DNA of 64,000 nucleotides from an uncultured Candidatus Binatia bacterium (GTDB taxonomy: Bacteria > Desulfobacterota > Binatia > UBA9968 > JAJDTQ01). The translations under genes and the position numbers were made by a program. The notes beneath the pieces were generated by a model that was not told where the DNA came from, searched no databases, and worked only from the letters and a program-made list of their open reading frames with translations. This document shows positions 58,164 through 64,000 of the stretch, in pieces; positions within the stretch are counted from its first letter, which is position 1; every line of letters starts with the position of its first letter. The DNA is taken from assembly GCA_965215605.1 (NCBI GenBank), contig OZ244070.1, positions 3,680,001-3,744,000 of the forward strand. The letters are read 5' to 3'.

Positions 58164-58621
58164 GGTTCGCCGTCCCGCACCCGCAGCTTCGCCTCGATGA
58201 ACTCCCTGTGCGACACGCCGATGAGGTCGGAGATCTTGCGGACCAGGTACTCTTCGTGCTTGTCGACGTTCTCGTCCGCGTAAGCCACGGCCCAGAGGTA
58301 CTCCACCACCTTCCGCTTCTGCTCCGGCGAGAAGGCCGTCTTGATGAGAGAGGTAAACTGGTAGTGGTCGATGGCGTCGTCGGCTTCGGCCTCGGCCAGC
58401 GCCACCAGATCGTGGGTTTCTTCAACGGTGAGGTCGAACTTGGCTTGTAGCGCTGTCACCACCACCGTGCGCTCGCCCTCGGTGCACTCGACGTCGGTGC
58501 GCATCATCTCGATGAGCAGTGCGCCGGTGGCCACCTGCAGCCGATGGCTGTCCGACTGTCGCAGGTCGCGGTGGCCGGGGTCGATGCGTCTGTCGAAAAA
58601 CCGCTGGATGGCGCCGAGCAT
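58160..58621 (-). CDS. TerB-family protein
   Basis: ATGALLIEM, YQFTSLI, LWAVAYAD....EEYLVRKISDL.GV. Confidence 0.85.
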   Translation of the reverse strand: MLGAIQRFFDRRIDPGHRDLRQSDSHRLQVATGALLIEMMRTDVECTEGERTVVVTALQAKFDLTVEETHDLVALAEAEADDAIDHYQFTSLIKTAFSPEQKRKVVEYLWAVAYADENVDKHEEYLVRKISDLIGVSHREFIEAKLRVRDGEP

Positions 58622-59205
58622 TACCGCCCCGCACCGTTCAGGAATCGCACTTGGTAGTCCTTCCACTTGTCCGCCGGGCGGGTGATGTCCCCGGTATAGG
58701 TTCCGAAGCGGCCGCGCCGGCGGTCCCGGAAGTAGAGTCTCAGGGTTTGCTCCACCACGGGGAAGGCGATCCGGTCCCAGGGAATCTCATCCTCGCGGCA
58801 CAGCATCACATCGAGACTTTCTTCTCCGGCGCCGAACTGGCGCTCCCGCAGGAAACCCCGAAACATCACGTAGACCTGATTGATCTGGGGCAGGTTGATG
58901 AGAGTGTAGAGCTCGGAGATCTCCACCTCGGCCAAGGCCTCCTCCCGCGTCTCCCTGGCGGCCCCTTCGATGGTGGTCTCGTAGTCTTCCAGGAAACCTG
59001 CGGGCAGGGTCCAGAACCCGTAGCGCGGTTCGATGGCGCGCCGACAGAGCAGGATGGTGTCTTCCCATTCCGGGATGCAGCCGACCACCACCTTGGGATT
59101 CGTGTAGTGAATGGTGTTGCAGGCTCCACAGACGTGCCGGGGCATGTTGTCTCCCTCGGGGATACGGAGTTCCACGGGAGCGGCACAGGCGCTGCAATAC
59201 TTCAT
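58621..59205 (-). CDS. Zn-ribbon NUDIX hydrolase
   Basis: MKYCSAC, CGAC...HY.NP, RRAIEPR, LPAGFLE..ET..EGAARETREE. Confidence 0.92.
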   Translation of the reverse strand: MKYCSACAAPVELRIPEGDNMPRHVCGACNTIHYTNPKVVVGCIPEWEDTILLCRRAIEPRYGFWTLPAGFLEDYETTIEGAARETREEALAEVEISELYTLINLPQINQVYVMFRGFLRERQFGAGEESLDVMLCREDEIPWDRIAFPVVEQTLRLYFRDRRRGRFGTYTGDITRPADKWKDYQVRFLNGAGR

Positions 59206-59347
59206 GACAAGCTTCCGGCCGGGTGCTTTGGCAGGCACGCGGTCGCGGCGCCTGCGGGACTTGCCGGCTGCGGTCACTATAGGGTGATCCCCCCGCAGGG
59301 TCAATCCGAACGGGATCTCATGGTATACAACATCCAAGAGGAGTGTC

Positions 59348-60790
59348 GTGTCCCTGTTGCCTGAACGCCTTGAAACATGGTTCCGCGAAGCGGCGCCCGC
59401 CGTCCGTTTCTGCTCGCTCCGCTACGTCGGCGAGGGTTCCGAAAGCCTTTCGGTGAGACGAGGGGTGGTGGAGCCCATTGCGTCGGGAGAAGATGCCGGC
59501 GTGATGATCACCGTGGCGGACGGCGATGGGGTGGGTTACGCGGGCACCTGCAACCTGAGTCCGGACGGACTCCGGCGGGCCCTGGACCGCGCCCGGGACT
59601 GGGCGGCACGGAGTGCGGAGCGCATGGTCTTTCCCGCGGCACCGCTCCAGGCACCGTGCCGGGGCGACTACCGGACGCCGGTGGCGGCGCCGTGGGACTC
59701 GGTGCCGCTGCGCGACAAGATCGACCTCCTCCGCGCCCAGAGCGAACGCCTGCACGCGGACCCCCGCATCGTCGATTGGGATGCCTCGCTGTGGCACGTG
59801 GAGACCGAGACCCTTTACCTGACCGCGGACGGCACCCGGGTGCACCAGACGTTGAGCCACCTGGTGCCGGGTCTCGGCTGCACCGCCAACGACGGCCTCG
59901 AGACCGTGAGCCGTACCTTCGGCGGCCGTGGCTTCTGCCGCCAGGGCGGCCTGGAAGTGCTGGACCAGACGGGCTTTCGCGACGCCGCGCCGGTGCTTGC
60001 CGAGGAAGCGCTGGAGCTTCTGGCGGCTCCCAATTGCCCCACCGCGACCATGGATCTCCTGCTTGCCCCGGACCAGCTCATCCTCCAGATACACGAATCC
60101 ATCGGTCATCCGCTGGAGCTGGACCGGATCCTGGGCGACGAACGCAACTACGCGGGCACGAGCTTCGTCACTCCCGACATGTTCGGCACGTACCGCTACG
60201 GGTCCGAGCTTCTGAACGTTACCTTCGACCCCACCGATCCGGCACAGTACGCCAGCTATGGCTACGATGACGAAGGCCTGCCGGCCCGCCGGGAATACAT
60301 CATCAAGGACGGCGTGCTGCAGCGCGGACTGGGCGGTCACCTGTCCCAGCAGCGCATCGGCCTCGAGGGAGTGGCCAACTCCCGCGCCACGAACTGGAAC
60401 CGTCCGCCCATCGACCGCATGGCCAACCTGAACCTGGAGCCCGGCGACAGCACCTTCGAAGAGATGGTCCGCTCCATCGAGCGGGGGGTTTTCATGCAGA
60501 CCAACTGCTCGTGGTCCATCGACGACTCCCGCAACAAGTTCCAGTTCGGCTGCGAGCGCGGCACGCTGATCCGGGACGGCGAGTTGCGGGAAGTGGTGAA
60601 GAAGCCCAACTACCGGGGTGTTTCGGCCACCTTCTGGCGCAATCTCGTCCGCGTGGGCAACGCCGACACCCGCGAGGTGCTGGGTACGCCGTTCTGCGGC
60701 AAGGGCGAGCCGAATCAGGTCATCCGCGTCGGGCACGCGACGCCCGCGTCTGTGTTCGCCGGCGTACAGGTCTTTGGCGGGGAGTCCTGA
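59348..60790 (+). CDS. tldD: TldD-family metalloprotease subunit
   Basis: HESIGHPLELDR (HExxxH), DDEG, PIDRMAN, FQFG, CGKGEP. Confidence 0.9.
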   Translation: MSLLPERLETWFREAAPAVRFCSLRYVGEGSESLSVRRGVVEPIASGEDAGVMITVADGDGVGYAGTCNLSPDGLRRALDRARDWAARSAERMVFPAAPLQAPCRGDYRTPVAAPWDSVPLRDKIDLLRAQSERLHADPRIVDWDASLWHVETETLYLTADGTRVHQTLSHLVPGLGCTANDGLETVSRTFGGRGFCRQGGLEVLDQTGFRDAAPVLAEEALELLAAPNCPTATMDLLLAPDQLILQIHESIGHPLELDRILGDERNYAGTSFVTPDMFGTYRYGSELLNVTFDPTDPAQYASYGYDDEGLPARREYIIKDGVLQRGLGGHLSQQRIGLEGVANSRATNWNRPPIDRMANLNLEPGDSTFEEMVRSIERGVFMQTNCSWSIDDSRNKFQFGCERGTLIRDGELREVVKKPNYRGVSATFWRNLVRVGNADTREVLGTPFCGKGEPNQVIRVGHATPASVFAGVQVFGGES

Positions 60791-60855
60791 CCGCGCGATG
60801 CAACCCTTGCACCGGCGGGTTTGACCGGCCCGACGACGAACCGCTCCCATAGCAG

Positions 60856-62181
60856 ATGCAGAACGACTTTCACGAACTGGCCGATTTCGCCGAATCTCTG
60901 CTGAAGGCCCGCGAGGTGCTGCTCCTGGCCTTCGCCGGCGAGGAGTCGAGCTTCGTGCGCTTCAACCGGAGTGCGGTGCGGCAGGCCGGCGCGGTGCATC
61001 AGCGCCAGCTCACCCTCCATCTCATCGCCGATCGGCGCCGGGTCACCGTCGACGCCACTGTGACGGGCGATGCTTCGCTGGACCGGGAACGGGTCCGGAG
61101 GGCGTTGGAGACCGCGCGCGAAAGGCTGGCAGTCTTGCCCGAAGACCCGTTCCTCCACTATGCCACCGAAAACCGCTCCACGGAGTCCGGGCATCCGAAC
61201 CGGTTGCCCGAAGACGAGGGACAGGTGGTGGAATCCATCGTCAGGGCGGGGGAGGGGCGCGACCTCGTGGGCATCTACATGGCGGGCGGGATTCACCGGG
61301 GTTTCGCCAATTCCCTGGGACAGCGGAACTGGTTTTCCACCTACAGTCATCACTTCGACTGGAGCTTTCATCTCGACGGCGACAAGGCGGTGAAGTGCGC
61401 CTACGCCGGGTTCGTGTGGGATCCGGCGGAGTTCGATGAACGGGTGGCGCGGGCGGCGGCCGAGCTGGAAGCATTGCGCCGGCCCCCGCGCACCCTGGAG
61501 CCCGGGCGCTACCGCGTCTACCTGGCGCCTCAGGCCCTCGAAGAGGTGGTCGGACTGCTCCGTTGGGGCGGGTTCGGACTCACCGCCCGGCAGACGCGGC
61601 GGACACCCTTGCTGCGCATGATCACGGGAGACGCCGCCCTGGACCCGTCGGTCAACATGGTGGAGGACGCCGGCGCCGGGTTGGCCGCGAACTTCGACGA
61701 TGCCGGCTTCATCAAACCCGACCGCATCACCCTCATCGACCGCGGAAGGTGCGGCGAGCCCCTGGTGTCGCCACGGGCGGCCAGGGAGTACGGCGTTCCA
61801 GCCAACGGCGCCGGCCGGCGCGAGTCTCCCGACTCCCTGGCCATGGCCGGCGGCACGATCCCGCGGCGCGACGTGCTCGCCGCCCTCGGCACCGGCATCT
61901 TTATCAACAACCTCTGGTACCTGAACTACTCCGACCGGGATGCCTGCCGCATGACCGGCATGACCCGGTTCGCCGCCTTCTGGGTGGAGAACGGCGAAGT
62001 GCAGGCTCCCGTGAACGTCATGCGCTTCGACGAGACGCTCTACCGTATGCTGGGCGACAACCTCGTGGGCCTGACCCGAGAGATGGAGCTGTTGCAGGAT
62101 TCGGGCTCCTACGGCCGCCGTTCCACCCGCAGCGTGCGGTTGCCGGGTGCCCTGGTGGAGGACTTCGCCTTGACCCTGTGA
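60856..62181 (+). CDS. TldE/PmbA-family subunit
   Basis: RFN, LEPGRYRVYLAP, LWYLN, TGMTR, MRFDE; lacks HExxxH; follows tldD. Confidence 0.85.
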   Translation: MQNDFHELADFAESLLKAREVLLLAFAGEESSFVRFNRSAVRQAGAVHQRQLTLHLIADRRRVTVDATVTGDASLDRERVRRALETARERLAVLPEDPFLHYATENRSTESGHPNRLPEDEGQVVESIVRAGEGRDLVGIYMAGGIHRGFANSLGQRNWFSTYSHHFDWSFHLDGDKAVKCAYAGFVWDPAEFDERVARAAAELEALRRPPRTLEPGRYRVYLAPQALEEVVGLLRWGGFGLTARQTRRTPLLRMITGDAALDPSVNMVEDAGAGLAANFDDAGFIKPDRITLIDRGRCGEPLVSPRAAREYGVPANGAGRRESPDSLAMAGGTIPRRDVLAALGTGIFINNLWYLNYSDRDACRMTGMTRFAAFWVENGEVQAPVNVMRFDETLYRMLGDNLVGLTREMELLQDSGSYGRRSTRSVRLPGALVEDFALTL

Positions 62182-62262
62182 CCGGGTCCGGGGGTTCTCG
62201 GGCATTGCAGATGCCGGACTCAAGTGATTTATTGAGCCGCAGGGACCGACAGGGAGGTAGAG

Positions 62263-63114
62263 ATGAAGACCAACGGTTATGATCGCAAGGCCGATGATCT
62301 CGGCAATATCGTCGCCCTCGAGCACGTCAACGTCACCATTCCCGATCAGGCCACGGCGGTGACGTTCTACGTCCTCGGGCTCGGGCTGACACGAGACCCC
62401 TATATGAACGTGGGCCTGAACAACATGTGGGTCAACGTCGGCGGCCAGCAGTTCCACCTGCCGACGCGAGGCGTCCAGAGGATTCCGGGGCATATCGGTC
62501 TGGTTCTATCCGACCTGGAGAAATTGAAGGAGCGCCTCGACACGGTCAAGCCGGAACTCAAGGAGACCCGCTTCAAGTGGCGCGACGCCGGCGACCACGT
62601 GGCGGTCACGGGCCCGTGGGGCAACCAGTTCCGTTGCCATTCCGCCGGGCCCGAGTTCGGCGACATGACCATCGGCATGCCGTACATAGAGTTCCTGACT
62701 CCTCCCGGCACGGCCCGGACCATCGGGAGATTCTACAAGTCGGTCCTCCAGGCGCCGGTCTCTTACAAGGGCGACAGCTCGAGAGTCAAGGTCGGCCGCA
62801 ACCAAAGCCTGGTCTTCACCGAGACCGACCGGAAAATCCCCCGCTACGACGGCCACCACATCGCGGTGTACATCGCCAACTTCTCGCGCGCCCACGAGTT
62901 CCTGCTACGCCGGGACCTGATCATGGAAGAGAGCAACGCACACCAGTACCGCTTCAGGGACATCGTGGACCCGAACACCGGAGAGAAAGCCTTCACGCTG
63001 GAGCACGAGGTGCGGAGCCTCTACCATCCCATGCTCGGCCGCACCATGGTCAACCGCAACGCCGAACAGACCCAGCGCGGTTATATTCCGGGGCGCGACG
63101 TCTATTATCCCTGA
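62263..63114 (+). CDS. VOC/glyoxalase-like protein of unknown function
   Basis: LEHVN, FY..GLGL, QFHLP, GPWGN, YDGHHIAVY; GGAGG SD. Confidence 0.7.
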   Translation: MKTNGYDRKADDLGNIVALEHVNVTIPDQATAVTFYVLGLGLTRDPYMNVGLNNMWVNVGGQQFHLPTRGVQRIPGHIGLVLSDLEKLKERLDTVKPELKETRFKWRDAGDHVAVTGPWGNQFRCHSAGPEFGDMTIGMPYIEFLTPPGTARTIGRFYKSVLQAPVSYKGDSSRVKVGRNQSLVFTETDRKIPRYDGHHIAVYIANFSRAHEFLLRRDLIMEESNAHQYRFRDIVDPNTGEKAFTLEHEVRSLYHPMLGRTMVNRNAEQTQRGYIPGRDVYYP

Positions 63115-63137
63115 CCGCCATCCTTGACGGCACACCT

Positions 63138-63250
63138 CTGCGTCGTACGGGATGCCTCCGGAGAGAGGAGTCGGAGGCCGGGGAGAGGGCCCGGGGGCCG
63201 GACACCGGCGCCCCGGGCCAGGGCGAACTGTTCCCGTAGGACTCGCGCAG
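63138..63250 (+). other. candidate structured 5' leader RNA (three-way junction)
   Basis: Closing stem 63138-63152 with 63232-63250; hairpins GCCTCCG/CGGAGGC and GGCCCGGGG-GCCGG/CCGGC-CCCCGGGCC. Confidence 0.45.
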
Positions 63251-63265
63251 TCACAAGGAGTCATC

Positions 63266-63787
63266 ATGGACATCATGAAGGCAATGGAAACCGTCGACCT
63301 CGAGGCGCTCATGGAAAAGACCGCGGCCGAGGGCAAGGGGCGCGCGGTGGTATGGCAGGATTCCGAGTCCATCGCGTTCCTGAGCCGCGGGCGCAAGCGC
63401 CGCATGGACTTCCACGTGGACCCCAGCGACGAGGTGACGCTGGTGCTGAAAGGGGAGCAGCGCCTTCATTGCCTCGCCGGCGACGGCAAGGAGAAGGTGG
63501 TGGTCATGAAGCCCGGACAGATGACCCTGTGCCCGGGCGGGGTGCCCCATTCCCCGCGTGTCGACGACGACACCTGGTTCCTGGTATTCGAGCGGGTGCG
63601 CAAGCCCGGCGAGCAGGACCGGTTCATGTGGTTTTGCGAGAGCTGCGGCAAGAAGGTATACGAGGTGGACGTCACGGTGGGCAACTACAGCGACGACCCC
63701 GTGGGGCAAGTGCATCGCGAGTTCTACGGCGACGAGAAGCGCAGGACCTGCAAGGACTGCGGCAGCGTCGTCCCCACACCGGAATGA
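63266..63787 (+). CDS. 3-hydroxyanthranilate 3,4-dioxygenase-like cupin
   Basis: R.DFHVDPSDE, PHSP, ER, and rubredoxin-type CESC...CKDC; AAGGAG SD. Confidence 0.75.
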   Translation: MDIMKAMETVDLEALMEKTAAEGKGRAVVWQDSESIAFLSRGRKRRMDFHVDPSDEVTLVLKGEQRLHCLAGDGKEKVVVMKPGQMTLCPGGVPHSPRVDDDTWFLVFERVRKPGEQDRFMWFCESCGKKVYEVDVTVGNYSDDPVGQVHREFYGDEKRRTCKDCGSVVPTPE

Positions 63788-63806
63788 CGGCGCGGACACC
63801 AGGCGG

Positions 63807-64000
63807 ATGATGGACTACAACCAGGCGCTGGAACGGCTGGCCGGCGGCTACGGCAAGGCCGAACGGGAGGTGGTTGCGACGTATTTCAACGCACCGCGCA
63901 CGCCCGAGGAACACACCCGGTGGCTCAAGGCCCAGGCCTTCAAGGAATACTCGGCCATCCAGCCGCTCATCCGCGCCCTCGACAAGCTCTACCCGCAACT
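63807..64000 (+). CDS. 5' end of a helical hypothetical protein (truncated by the window edge; absent from the ORF track)
   Basis: Hand translation MMDYNQALERLAGGYGKAEREVVATYFNAPRTPEEHTRWLKAQAFKEYSAIQPLIRALDKLYPQ..., host-like GC3 codon use, no stop before the edge. Confidence 0.7.
   Translation, partial: MMDYNQALERLAGGYGKAEREVVATYFNAPRTPEEHTRWLKAQAFKEYSAIQPLIRALDKLYPQ

Noticed and set aside
59348-62181. tldD/tldE as part of a RiPP cluster
   Set aside because: No precursor peptide, YcaO, radical SAM enzyme or exporter is adjacent. It looks like the widespread stand-alone pair, and it is 55 kb from the 59-aa peptide.

Overview
GC-rich chromosomal window from a diderm bacterium. Gene content and order (lpxI, gnnA-like gene, RRM proteins, many amidohydrolase, LLM and thiolase paralogs) suggest a deltaproteobacteria-like lineage such as Binatia, but that is inference only. 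The left 29 kb is mostly housekeeping: hisS-aspS, def, an Rrf2-led sufBCDSU-DUF59 operon, lysS, lolCE-lolD, bamA-skp-lpxD-fabZ-lpxA-lpxI-gnnA-like-lpxB-msbA-waaA-lpxK-kdkA. The right 35 kb holds accessory metabolic genes: amidohydrolases, MFS transporters, frmA, an orphan Mo-hydroxylase large subunit, recD2, an AsmA-like protein, an atypical ThDP E1 alpha/beta pair with an LLM enzyme, thiolase-DUF35, grxC, a GMC oxidoreductase, tldD/tldE and a divergent 3-HAO-like dioxygenase. I saw no rRNA, intact tRNA, CRISPR array or intact transposase. The best candidate for an undescribed system is a ~1.5 kb, visibly more AT-rich cassette between aspS and def. It has its own sigma70-like promoter, a 59-aa ORF missing from the ORF track (strong RBS, Ser/Thr/Asn-rich tail), a closely following SDH-family ClpP-fold serine protease, and a structured non-coding trailer. 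Other signals are a multibranch RNA-like leader upstream of the 3-HAO-like gene, REP/dRS3-like palindromes bracketing the GMC gene, an E1 alpha lacking its usual GH-loop His, and a perfect 21-bp in-frame duplication. All calls come from reading motifs by eye; no searches were run.
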